A DNA stretch of 64,000 nucleotides from Antedon mediterranea (lineage: Eukaryota; Animalia; Echinodermata): positions 17,493,045-17,557,044 of the forward strand of contig NC_092680.1 of assembly GCF_964355755.1 (NCBI RefSeq), given 5' to 3'. This document shows positions 13,000-25,299 of the stretch, piece by piece. Both the position numbers and the translations under genes were made by a program. Under the pieces are notes generated by a model, which did no database searches, was not told where the DNA came from, and saw only the letters and a program-made list of their open reading frames with translations. Positions within the stretch are counted from its first letter, which is position 1. Each line of letters opens with the position of its first letter.

Positions 13000-14160
13000 C
13001 GAAACATCAACTTGTAAGAAAATTAAAACTTGTAAGACCTGTAATCGGGTGATAAGACAAAATCACAAATGCGAACAGTATTTTTGCCTTGTTTGCAATG
13101 TTTTTGCATCTTACCGATCATAAATGTTACATGCAAAAAATCGTTGACTTTTTTGACTTTGAATGCACACAGGAAACTGGTGAACACAAGCCTAATCTCT
13201 GCGTACTTAAAATTTGTCTAAAATGTATTATTAATGAAAAAACGCTTACTTTTTACGGTGAAAATGCCTGCAATGATTTCTGCGTTCATATTTTTAAACA
13301 TTATGAGTACAAAGAAAATGTTATACGCATTGTACATAACTTCCAGGGATTTCATTTTCTCCTCGATGTTGTCTGTAGAGGAGGTAAGGTATCTCCATTC
13401 GTGTTAATAAATTAAAGAAAGGATACTTCCCGCATTTATTTAATATTTCTTCTAACCAAAATTACGCGTTTTTCAATGGTATAACGAGAAAGTTGAAAGC
13501 AATGTACAGTTTGATATGAAAAAGAACTTATTGATTATTGCGCCAGCGATGTTGACATTCTTCGTCGTTGCTGTTTAACATTTAGACATCTATTTTTAAG
13601 CGTGACATCAACAACGGACCCAAAATTCGCGGGTGTTGATTCTTTTCCCAACAATCTCATGACCACTGCGCCCGCGTGCAATTACGTCTTTTCTTCAAAT
13701 TTTCTTAAGCCGTCTACAATAGCCTTATTTCCCCCATCTAATTACCAGACGACCGTAAATCACTCAGTAGCAAGTATTGAATGGTTATCATATGAAGCGT
13801 ATAAAAGAGGTATTCATAAAACCATGCTCGAAACGTAGGTGAAAAGCTCTTTGGTTGGTACCCCACCTAGACGGCGTGAACATCGAAAACAAAATTATTT
13901 TTGAATTCCAAGGGTGTCTTTTTCATGGTTGTCCTACCCGTTACCGACAGGACTCCGTCAACCCTATTACACGGGAACCCATGATCGAAAGTTATATGAA
14001 AACTAAAAGAAATTATTTTCTTACAAATCAATTCCCTCAGTTCGAGTACGTTGAAATTTGGGAACACGATTACTAACATCGATGATTATTTTGGCATAGT
14101 TAAATGCACAATTTAAGGCACCTAAAAATCTATATCACCCCGTTCTTCCGTACCGATCAA
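13000..14160 (+). pseudogene. pPolB middle region: ExoI-III, VSR-like endonuclease insert, palm fragment
   Basis: DFFDFECTQETGEHKPN; HNFQG; YCASDVDILRRCC; SIEWL; LDG..IFEFQGCLFHGCP; YVEIWEH; YFGIVKC..PKNLYHPVLP. Confidence 0.85.
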
Positions 14161-14699
14161 ATCAAATTAAAACAGGAGTTAAAAGATTTTACGAAGATAT
14201 CATTGACGATGTAGAAACCGAAGAAACTACAACTATGTTAGAAGAGGTAGTGAAGCTCCTCGACTACGTTGTATGTAGAAGATATATATTGATGGCTGTG
14301 CCTGATTATACGTTGCCATAGAGGAAATGGAGGAATATAACCGGGAGCTTGCATTGGATCATCCCTATCCGCAGTCATAATCCTTATCGACGAAGGTGTA
14401 ACCTTTTATTTTTCATATTATTCCAGGTTATTTTTGCTCAAAAAAAAAATTTCATCTGGTTTTTATTGGTTAACATTTATTTTTTATACAGGCTATTATT
14501 TTTTTGTATATTTTAGTCTATTTTGTCATTACATTTTTGGAGTAATTGGTTTTGTAAACAATTGTTTCCAGTTGTTTTCTTTTAATTGTTGCAGTGCTTC
14601 CCGTATAGGTATAGTTAATTATTTTTCTGGCGCGTATTTTTGATTTGTCCTTTCTTTATTCGCTTACTGATTATCCAAGACTTATTACTGATTTTCACA

Positions 14700-15815
14700 A
14701 TGGCTCATTACGCATCATCTTCATCCGATTCTAACGATAGTTTGTTTAACGAATGCCAGAGAGCAGCTGAAGCTATAGTTAGCCTATCGCCGAATAATGT
14801 AGAAAATATTGTTACCGACGGTATTATCCCCGATATTGGGCTACTGGAGGATTTTGTTTTTAATGATCAGGACCTTGATTTGACAGTTAGCCAGAGTGTT
14901 TCTGAAGCCGATAGCCTCTCACTTATGGATATTTGCAATAATGCCATAGAGATAGTGCAGGATCTATCGGATAGTTTACGCATTGATCACGTAGAAGTAA
15001 GTGTTTCTGCGTTTACGGTTTCTATGCGTTCTCCTTTCTAATTTATCTATTTATATATTTTTTTTCTGTAGTACGGCGTTGGTGCTCACACCAAATGTTT
15101 AAGAATGAGGGAAAATATCGAGAATAGTAATTCAATGGAGTCTTCGGTTATTGAGGTAACTATCGTTTTATTTTCTTTACTGTTGTTGTACCACGTCTTT
15201 TATTTCTTTTTCTTTACGTTTTACTCTTTTTGTTTTTAGCCTGTACCCATACAATACGGAAGAGGTGATAATAGAAAAGGCTCAGAATCGAAGACGGAGA
15301 AGAAGTTGCCGCTAATGAAGCCATGGACGATGACCTTAATCTGGACGAGGTAGATTTGAGTCATTTCTGTAATATTGTTCAGTAGCTGATAGGTTTAACC
15401 AGCGTTTTAACGCTACTATTAGCGATTTTTTAGTAAATTTTTTTAATGTAGATCATTTAAGTTTAGAGGTGTTTCTCCCCACTCTGTATCGAATTTTCGA
15501 GCATGTCGTCGATAATCTCTGCATTAACGTGCATGTCGATGACATGCTTCGGATAGTTATTCAGCCTGAGGTGTTGGATACACCTATATTCCTTTTGGAC
15601 GGAGGGGTCATCTTACGGCTGACGTTATTTTTGCAGCCATTATGAAGGTCCTTCAGTCCAAAACGGATATTTTTTATTAATAATAAATTTAAATGTAACG
15701 TTCTCCATATGAGACTGCCTAGGGGAGGGGGTATTAGAAGAAACGGTATCGACGAACTGCTTAACACTCAAAGTATAATTAAGATTAAGAATGATGATAA
15801 CGAAACTATCTGCTA
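14700..15815 (+). pseudogene. Third copy of the pPolB family A spliced 5' region
   Basis: MAHYASSSSDSNDSL... exon plus YGVGAHTKC and PVPIQYGRG exons; retains ~50 bp deleted in the 9040 copy. Confidence 0.8.
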
Positions 15816-16341
15816 TAGGAGAGTTAATTGATGATCAGAACGAATTATGTAATGAAATGGTAAGTTACTATTTCTATAAAGTTATTTTGAAAATGGTAAT
15901 AATATATGATATTTAGTCTCATATAAAAAAATTGTAACATTTTGTATTACAGTACGGTATTTTGAATATAAGTAATAATGAAGGGGAAGAAACACTTCAA
16001 TTAGAGAACGACATGGCAGTTGAAGGAATTTGCCGCATTGCAAGAAACAAAAGAGGTGATTTAGAAGAAAATGATAGAATTAAAACAGGAGTTAAAAGAT
16101 TTTACGAAGATATCATTGACGATGTAGAAACCGAAGAAGATATGATTGAATTTAATTATTGAGAGAACATCTAACGCCAGAATTCATTTTAGCTGAGATT
16201 ACTAAAGTCCTTCAATTGCACATGGATATTTTAGTGGGGGATGGGTTAACCTTTAACATTCAACACATATCCATGACGTTTGGAGGCGGTAGTTCATTAT
16301 TTTTAAAAAGGTATTGATAAAACCAATTATTAGAATTCGTA

Positions 16342-17725
16342 GAAATAGCAAAGCTATCTGTAGCACATTGCTAAGGATGTGTGTCTGATCGACCAGGGCA
16401 GAAGGATGAAATAGCAAAGCTATCTGTAGCACATTGCTAAGGATGTGTGTCTGATCGACCAGGGCAGAAGGATGAAATAGCAAAGCTATCTGTAGCACAT
16501 TGCTAAGGATGTGTGTCTGATCGACCAGGGCAGAAGGATGAAATAGCAAAGCTATCTGTAGCACATTGCTAAGGATGTGTGTCTGATCGACCAGGGCAGA
16601 AGGATGAAATAGCAAAGCTATCTGTAGCACATTGCTAAGGACGTGTGTCTGATCGACCAGGGCAGAAGGATGAAATAGCAAAGCTATCTGTAGCACATTG
16701 CTAAGGATGTGTGTCTGATCGACCAGGACAGAAGGATGAAATAGCAAAGCTATCTGTAGCGCATTGTTAAGGATGTGTGTCTGATCGACCAGGGCAGAAG
16801 GATGAAATAGCAAAGCTATCTGTAGCACATTGCTAAGGATGTGTGTCTGATCGACCAGGGCAGAAGCATGAAATAGCAAAGCTATCTGTAGCACATTGCT
16901 AAGGACGTGTGTCTGATCGACCAGGGCAGAAGGATGAAATAGCAAAGCTATCTGTAGCACATTGCTATGGATGTGTGTCTGATCGACTAGGGCAGAAGGA
17001 TGAAATAGCAAAGCTATCTGTAGCACATTGCTAAGGATGTGTGTCTGATCTACCAGGGCAGAAGGATGAAATAGCAAAGCTATCTGTAGCACATTGCTAA
17101 GGATGTGTGTCTGATCGACCAGTGCAGAAGGATGAAATAGCAAAGCTATCTGTAGCACATTGCTATGGATGTGTGTCTGATCGACCAGGGCAGAAGGATG
17201 AAATAGCAAAGCTATCTGTAGCACATTGTTATGGATGTGTGTCTGATCGACTAGGGCAGAAGGATGAAATAGCAAAGCTATCTGTAGCACATTGCTAAGG
17301 ATGTGTGTCTGATCGACCAGGGCAGAAGGATGAAATAGCAAAGCTATCTGTAGCACATTGCTAAGGATGTGTGTCTGATCTACCAGGGCAGAAGGATGAA
17401 ATAGTAAAGCTATCTGTAGCACATTGCTAAGGATGTGTGTTTGATCGACCAGGGCAGAAGGATGAAATAGCAAAGCTATCTGTAGCACATTGCTAAGGAT
17501 GTGTGTCTGATCGACCAGGGCAGAAGGATGAAATAGCAAAGCTATCTGTAGCACATTGCTATGGCTGTGTGTCTGATCGACCAGGGCAGAAGGATGAAAT
17601 AGCAAAGCTATCTGTAGCACATTGCTAAGGATGTGTGTTTGATCGACCAGGGCAGAAGGATGAAATAGCAAAGCTATCTGTAGCACATTGCTAAGGATGT
17701 GTGTTTGATCGACCAGGGCAGAAGG
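16342..17725. repeat. 66-bp tandem repeat, ~21 copies
   Basis: Unit GAAATAGCAAAGCTATCTGTAGCACATTGCTA(A/T)GGATGTGTGTCTGATCGACCAGGGCAGAAGGAT; a 2-copy version is at ~4900-5035. Confidence 0.97.
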
Positions 17726-17972
17726 ACCACGACCTTTGTTGTATGGCAACTCAAGAAGAACTTGTAGATAGATTTTTAGAAGAAATCTAATATTTCAATT
17801 TGGTTGCCCATGCACAAGAAATAGAACTCGTCTAAGAGGCAGTGACGTGAACTACACATAACTGGTTGATCAGCTTATAGTGCGAACGTCCGTAAGATTT
17901 TGTTCAAGGATGGAAACACTCCACTTTATGTATATCTGAATAGATATGAAACTACCTTAGAATTAATGGTTT

Positions 17973-18800
17973 GCCTCATACAGCATGGTGCATCCTTACC
18001 ATCGCAAGATAAGGTATTGTCAAGGTGTGACGTATAATGTCCACGTGTCTCATACATACAGCATGGTGCATCATTAACATCGCACGGTAAGGTATTGTCA
18101 AGGTGTGACGTATAACGTCAACGTTCCAATATGCCTCATACAGCATGGTGCATCATTAACATTTCAAGATAAGGTATTGGCAAGGTGTGACGTATAACGT
18201 CAACGTGTCTCATACAGCATGGTGCATCAGTAACATTGCAAGATAAGGTATTGTCAAGGTGTGACGTATAACGTCAACGTGTCTCATACAGCATGGTGCA
18301 CCATTAACATTGCAAGATAAGTTATTGCCAAGGTGTGACGTATAAACGTCAACGTGCCTCATACAGCATGGTGCATCAGTAACATTGCAAGGTAAGGTAT
18401 TGTCAAGGTGTGACGTATAACGTCAACGTGTCTCATACAGCATGGTGCACCATTAACATTGCAAGATAAGTTATTGCCAAGGTGTGACGTATAAACGTCA
18501 ACGTGCCTCATACAGCATGCTGCATCAGTAACATTGCAAGATAAGGTATTGTCAAGGTGTGACGTATAACGTCAACGTGTCTCATACAGCATGGTGCACC
18601 ATTAACATTGAAAGATAACTTATTGCCAAGGTGTGACGTATAAACGTCAACGTGCCTCATACAGCATGGTTTGTCAGTAACATTGCAAGATAAGGTATTG
18701 TCAAAGTGTGACGTATAACGTCAACGTGTCTCATACAGCATGGTGCACCATTAACATTACAAGATAAGTTATTGCCAAGGTGTGACGTATAACGTCAACT
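17973..18800. repeat. 74/75-bp tandem repeat, ~11 copies, containing the TGACGT-ATA-ACGTCA palindrome
   Basis: Unit CTCATACAGCATGGTGCATCA(G/T)TAACATTGCAAGATAAGGTATTGTCAAGGTGTGACGTATAACGTCAACGTGT; ~2 more units at 22030-22180. Confidence 0.95.
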
Positions 18801-19251
18801 ATTAAATCAAAAGAATATTGTTGACGAGATGATACAAGAATTGGAGAGTGTTGATGAATGCGGTACCGGAATAGATGAAAAGGACAATATATTTGTTGTT
18901 TCACAACGCTGCAACGTGACAGATGTATTACTAGTCTCTTGAGTCAAGTTAACAATCTCAACATGAATTTCTTCAACGATGTTACTGAAATTACACCAGA
19001 AGACGATGGTCTATACCCACGTATAATCTCGACAAATGAAAAAATACTCTTCGATGAAACCAAAAACATAGAAGACTACCTAAACTATCTGACAGAGGAT
19101 AATTCAAAATCGACCAGTTGACGGCAGAAGTGAAGGCCTAACCAAAGAGAATGGTTAATGATAAAGGAAACATTTGAATGAACATATATATCGGCATTCA
19201 TAGCTGTGATGAATGATATGAAAAACGTTTACTGTTTGGGCTGCCTGTACG

Positions 19252-19294
19252 CAGGGAGTTGTAAAATAAAATTTAGTTATTTTACAACTCCCTG
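19252..19294. mobile_element. 43-bp hairpin mini-transposon (CAGGGAGTTGTAAAATAA...TTATTTTACAACTCCCTG) with 7-bp TSD
   Basis: Perfect 18-bp TIRs flanked by CTGTACG direct repeats; related element at 35356-35381 with ATATTAC TSD. Confidence 0.8.
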
Positions 19295-19839
19295 CTGTAC
19301 GACAGATATCAAATAAGATTTACGGAAGAAGACCACAACATTTGTAACTTACGAAAAACTCGAACTTATTCATAGGTTTTATCAAGCTATCATATGATTA
19401 AATCTCCTCATACTAACGACGAAAGGGCCTTAGTTGGTACCTGGGTTACTACTGAAGTCCCAAAACCAAAAAGCAGTAAAGATGGGTTATAAGATTACCA
19501 AAGTAAATGTAGCTTGGCACTTCAACCAGAGAAGCGAGTATAATCCTACAACCCCTCATTGGGATTATTCACTAACTACATTAACAAGAAATAAAGTAAT
19601 GACGTCACTCACCATGTACCAGAACCTCGCGCCAAAAATTAATAATTAAGAGACAAAGAAACACCTGGCGGAAATAATAATGAAAATTGAACATCAAAAA
19701 TAAACAACAAAGGACAGAACGGAAACCCGAAATAATTAGATTAATTAACCTCCAGCAAGGACGAATTATAATCCATTGCAAAACACCATCAAAATATAAA
19801 TAAATATATTAATAAATAACACCCCTAAACAAAGAAAGA

Positions 19840-19985
19840 CCTTCATTAATTAAGAATAATTTAATTATTACGAAACCAGGAAAAGAACGAACTTCATTAA
19901 TTAAGAATAATTTAATTATTACGAAACCAGGAAAAGAATGACCTTCATTAATTAAGAATAATTTAATTATTACAATAACAGGAAA
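19840..19985. repeat. ~52-bp AT-rich tandem repeat, 3 copies
   Basis: CTTCATTAATTAAGAATAATTTAATTATTACGAAACCAGGAAAAGAA repeated. Confidence 0.9.
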
Positions 19986-20669
19986 TTAATCTAATTTATT
20001 AATTATGAAAATAAACCAAGGTCAACATTGGGCTAGGGTACAACAGGTCCTTTATTTAATTATTTGTTTTATGGCGCAGTTTGTAATTCTTTTGTTTAGT
20101 TTTGATTGAAGGGTATGTTTTTATCGGGTGTATTATATTGTTTTCTTTTGCAAGGGGTACCTTCCATTGTCCCCAATCTTTCTTATCGCATTGTCCATAA
20201 TGACTGTATTGTTCAATTATTTCAAGATATATATATTTTGACTGTTCCGACTCCCCTCACTTTCAAATCTCCATTGTTGACTTAACATCTTATGGTTACC
20301 AGTTCAAGTGGATTTTGTATAATATATTTTCTGCGTTCCTGTTTTCTAATATGCAAGTACAGTACTAATGTCTCGGTATAGTATATTTTTTATTTAGTAA
20401 TTATTTCTTATTGAGTCGTACTGTCATGTAAAAGGCAATTATTTATCGTTTTTCCTCGGTTTTTTTAATTATTTTTCGTTGTCTCTTTTTGTCTCTCTAG
20501 ATACCTTGCTGTACTCGATTCATTTGTCTCGTTTTTTGGATTTACCAATTTGTTTGGGTGTATATTATTTCTATAGCCTAATGTGAGTTTCTTTTTTCTG
20601 TTTATTTTCTATTTCGTTATTAGAGTAGCTATCAACTTTTTTAATTTTTATTATTGTATCGTTGTATAG

Positions 20670-20870
20670 ATGAATATTTCTTACATTCCCACAAGTATGT
20701 TAGAAGAGGTGGGGAAGCTCCTCGACTACGCCGCCTGTATGCGGTACATTTTAATGGCAGTGCCTGATTCTACGTTGTGGTATCTGCTAAAGGTTGCCAT
20801 AGAGGAAATGGAGAAGTATAACTGGGAGCTTGCGTTGAATCATCCCTATCCGCCGGCATCATCCTTGTCG
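20670..20870 (+). CDS. F-box-like mini-ORF copy
   Basis: MNISYIPTSMLEEVGKLLDY...YNWELALNHPYP, homologous to 3866-4057; upstream 20300-20670 duplicates 5290-5650. Confidence 0.4.
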
Positions 20871-21364
20871 ACGAAGATATCATATTTTTCCAGGTTATTT
20901 TTGTTCACAAAAAATTTCATCTGGTTTTTTATACAGACTATTATTGTTTTGTATTTTATATATTTTTTCATTAAATTTTTTGAGAAATTGATTTTGTAAA
21001 TAATTGTTTCCAGTTGTTTCCTTTTAATTGTTGCAGTGCTTCCCGAAAAGGTATAATAAAATATTTTTCTGGCGCTTATTTTTGATTTGTCCTTTCTCCA
21101 TCTCTCCATTTTTTCCCTTTGTTTTTTAATTAAGGTGTTTCCTGGGTCCATGTTTTCCGTTTGGTTGAAGGCTAAATCTAATGGTCACTGCTGTGGGAAG
21201 GTCTTCCTAATTATTTAAGGGTTTGTTTGACCAATCTTAATAGCGGACACATTTTCTAAAGGAAGTTCTAAGTACATTTGTTTGTTTGTTTTTTAATTTA
21301 ATTAGTGTCATGGAATGGTATAAAAACAACGTAAGTGTGGGTAATTCTTTATTCGCTTACTGAT

Positions 21365-22000
21365 TCTTGGTGGCCTGATTAGTGTATCTCTGCTGCTGAC
21401 AAGCAGAAATATATGCCTATCGATCAGTATGAAGAAAATGAAGGAATTAAACTTCAGATAACATTATGTATAACGCTGGAAGAAGTTCTTTGGCCAAACT
21501 TGTTAAATTCAATTTCGGGAATGTTTGGCCAATAAGAAAACCAATCTAAAAACAAATTCACTAGCGATGCAAACGATGTTTACGATCTTCTATCCAACCC
21601 TGGAATTCTTGTTAATGTTAATTTAATTAATGACAATTTAGCAGAAGATAAGTACGAAAGCCAAGAACAAAGTATCACTGTAAATAAGAAAGTAAACGTA
21701 GTTATTGCCGCGTTTACAACGTCTACTGCTAGGCTTAAATTGTACAATCTATTAGAAAAACTACAAGATCGTATTTTGTACTACGACACCGATTCTTGCG
21801 TTTTCGTTTCTAACACTACTAACGCTGGTGAATGGCAACCATTAATCGGGGATTATCTCGGTGAACTAACAAATAAAATTAATCCGAAAGATGGCCAGTT
21901 TATTTTTTTTATTTTGTGTCCGGAGGTCCAATATCGGGTAAAACCATGTGCAAGGTTAAAGGGTTCACATTAAATTACAAAAATGCTCAACAAATTAATT
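21365..22000 (+). pseudogene. pPolB C-terminal polymerase region (motifs B and C)
   Basis: GWPD...EENEGIKL...LAKL.LNSISGMFGQ; NVVIAAFTTSTARLKLYNLLEKLQDRILYYDTDSCVF; GDYLGELTN; CKVKGFTLN. Partial second copy at ~12210-12420. Confidence 0.9.
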
Positions 22001-24277
22001 AATTTAATTTTAAAATGCGCGTTGTTTTGATTTTCATAAAAATTGTATAACGTGCCTCATACAGCATAGTTCATTATTAACATCTCAAGATAAGGTATTG
22101 TCAAAGTGTGACGTATAACGTCAACGTACAGTACTGTACCTCATACAGCATGGTTCATCACTAACATTTCAAGATAAGGTAATTTTTTTTCTCACAATTA
22201 AAACAAGATTTAAGCTGCCTTACCAAACTATCAAATTTCTAAAAGCAATAAACTAAAACAAATACATCTGTACCACCAGGATACTCATAAAAATGGTATA
22301 ACTTTTGCAGAGTTTGCACCCTTTATGTATCATACGAACATAAATGTTTCATGAAACCAATTGTTAAAAAGTCAACGACAAATTCCAAAACGAAAACCGA
22401 ATGAAATCAATGGAACTAGAACTATTGGTTTCAGAAGAAAACGTTCCAAGTTCTAGTGAAATGGAATAGTGAATGGTAAATGATAAAAAAAAAACAATTG
22501 AAAAGACCTTTATATCCAAATTTATCATTTTACTGCAAGATAGGTAATAAGGTATTGATTGGGATGTCTATACGGTAGATTGTATATCTTGTTCTCAACA
22601 AGTATTTTAGTGTTTTAATTTATTACAATTTTTTTATTTAGTATATTTCCGGACCTAGCTTGTTTTTTGTCTTCTTTTTGTACTAAATATCACATTTTGT
22701 AAATGCATTTTAAAATTTTAATCTACTGTAAATTGCAGAATTGGAATTTTATGTTCAAATCTTAATAAAATTTTAATCTAATAAATCACTTTTTATAGAA
22801 ACAGCAAATATACATTGGAAATCTGAAATACTGTATTATTAACAATGATCAGTTAATATTGTTAAAAAGGGGAATGTATAGTTTTTAAATAAACCTTTAA
22901 CTTTACTTCCACGTGTATACGTGTTCAATAATGGCATTAACGTTAAACCTCCACGTGTATACGTGTTTAGTAATACGTTAAATATCCATGTGTATACGTG
23001 TTTAGTATTGCTTTAAATATCCGCTAATTTAATGTCATTAAGTTTTGTTTTTCATAGAAGCAACTTGCTGGATTCAATATTGAGATGTCTGTAGTATGGA
23101 TTGTAATGTATATTTTGATGATGTTGGACGTTCAAATAGTGAATTCGAATCCATCGCATTCAATACGGTTTTGCATGCAGTGTAGCATTCTCCGAGCAAG
23201 TTTCTTTCAAATGTTCAATGATTGTCCGTAGGTTGAGTTGGTTCTGGATTGGTTTTCAACCATCTGTATAAGTTGCTTGAATATGATGCGGTCCCAATTC
23301 AAGATCTTCAACGAGTTCGAAATTCTGAAGGAATTGCGACACATTTTGTCATTGTTTAAAGTCTATGTGTTTTTTTTTTGGTGAGGTACCAAAAGTATCC
23401 TATCATAACGCACATTACTTGAAATACAGTATTGTACGATTCCCTCTCAATATTCCATAGATGAGCACCTACTGTGCAGATGCATAATCATTACTTTCAG
23501 TACATCACCATTTCATGAAATTCTGCTGTAATTCAAATTACTGTGTGTTATAAAGTACAATATTTTAATGAACGTGGTATGTCGGCTTCAAATACATATT
23601 CAGCTCAATGGCAAAAATCTGTTGAATGTTCATTATTATTGTGTATTCCATCTTTTGCAACGATCATTACTGTGTCTGCAAAACTTGTGGCGAGGTTCAA
23701 AATCCATTTGTTCTTTTCTGTGAAACTAGTCATGTTTAATCCCTTTCGTTAAAAAATGCTCCGAGACTTGTTAAACTTAGTGAATCCTCGAAAGAGGAAT
23801 GAATGTGTGAATCGTTGGAATATATTTAGCAATATAAACAAATACAGTGATGTGGACATTTTGTGAAAGGTTTACGCCGGTGTAGGCATACTGTATGTAT
23901 GCATCAACGAGATAGTTTAGACAGGCGGTGATTTTTGTTGGATCTGTTAATTTGTTAACAATACTTTCACTTCAGATTTTTATTTCCAATGTAATATTTT
24001 AAATATGAAATACTTTTATATCAGAAAATAGGTAAAGCAAATATTTAAAACTAAAAAAAATAATTATGTTTTCTTTTATTGATTTAAGAAATTTATATAA
24101 TTTGTTGTTATCGTGACTTAGTTATTTAATTAAATTAAATGTAGGGGCTCACCTGGAGTCTTAATTTTCCAGCCCATTTGAAACGTTTATTATGAATTTA
24201 AACATTAAGAAAAACCAAAGTAGATACAAGTTATAGTCATCAGCAATGATGGAGAACAAGGATACGAAGAAGTATGG

Positions 24278-24530
24278 ATGGATTCTGAAGAACCTCCGAT
24301 AGAAATAATTAATCTAACGGTGTCCATAGATTCTGAAGAAGATCCGATAGACTATTAGAAATAATTGATCTAACTGTGTCCATGGATTCTGAAGAAGATC
24401 CGATAGAAATAATTAATCTAACGGTGTCCATGGATTCTGAAGAAGACCCGATAGAAATAATTATTCTAACGGTGTCTATGGATTCTGAAGAAGATCCGAT
24501 AGAAATAATTGATCTAACGGTGTCCATGGA
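24278..24530 (+). repeat. 48-bp coding-type tandem repeat (MDSEEDPIEII[D/N]LTVS), ~5 copies
   Basis: Direct reading of ORF 24376-24624 and upstream sequence. Confidence 0.9.
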
Positions 24531-25299
24531 GTTGATGAATGCGGTACCGGAGTTGATAAATGCGGTACCGGAGTATATCAGAATGACAACGGATTTGATG
24601 AAACAAAAGGAAATACGACAATGACAATTACAATTGGTTGAATCAATTTTAAGGATGCCAAATGTATTTTTTAATCCTTTGACTGTATATAACTCACGAT
24701 TACATTGTCATCATTACCTATTCTACAATGCTATAGCCCGACAGACAATGAAGTAATCGAGATGGCGGAAGAAGTCGAAATAGTCGAAATCATTGATCTT
24801 ACTAAGGACTCTGATGTCGAAGAACAAGTTACTGTATAACCTGTGATTCAGAATTTGAAGACGAAGACGTACTAACTACGGCCGGTGCCTATTTTACAAC
24901 AGAAGAGGAGGAAGCGATGGGGGATACTGGCGATTCAGCCCCTATCTCCAATTAACGTTGATTTAAATAATGTATCTAATATCTATGCTGAATAAGACGG
25001 TCATTATAGATCGTAAATAATTTCTGAAGAGGAGAGGATTGTATACGACGACACGTCATCGCCAGGTGACTACCACCTATTTCTGGGAAGAAATGCCGAC
25101 GAGGTAGAAGATGATGTTTACGGAAGAGTACCGTAGCTGAACCCGTGCTGGAGGCGGAGATTAAGAAAGAAACTACCGCCGAACTAGAAACTACCGAACT
25201 TAAGTACAAAGAAATAATAACAATTGAGAAGGTTTTCATAGAAGCATTTGTTCGTTCTGAATGACATGGTTGAACGTTATAACTTCACGGCTCAAGATG

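Noticed and set aside
16253-17749. 498-aa minus-strand ORF as a real gene
   Set aside because: It is the antisense reading of a 66-bp tandem repeat whose ancestral coding frame is on +; a unit length divisible by 3 explains the open frame
16342-18800. Arrays as CRISPR-like loci
   Set aside because: No unique spacers, units are head-to-tail, eukaryotic context, no cas genes
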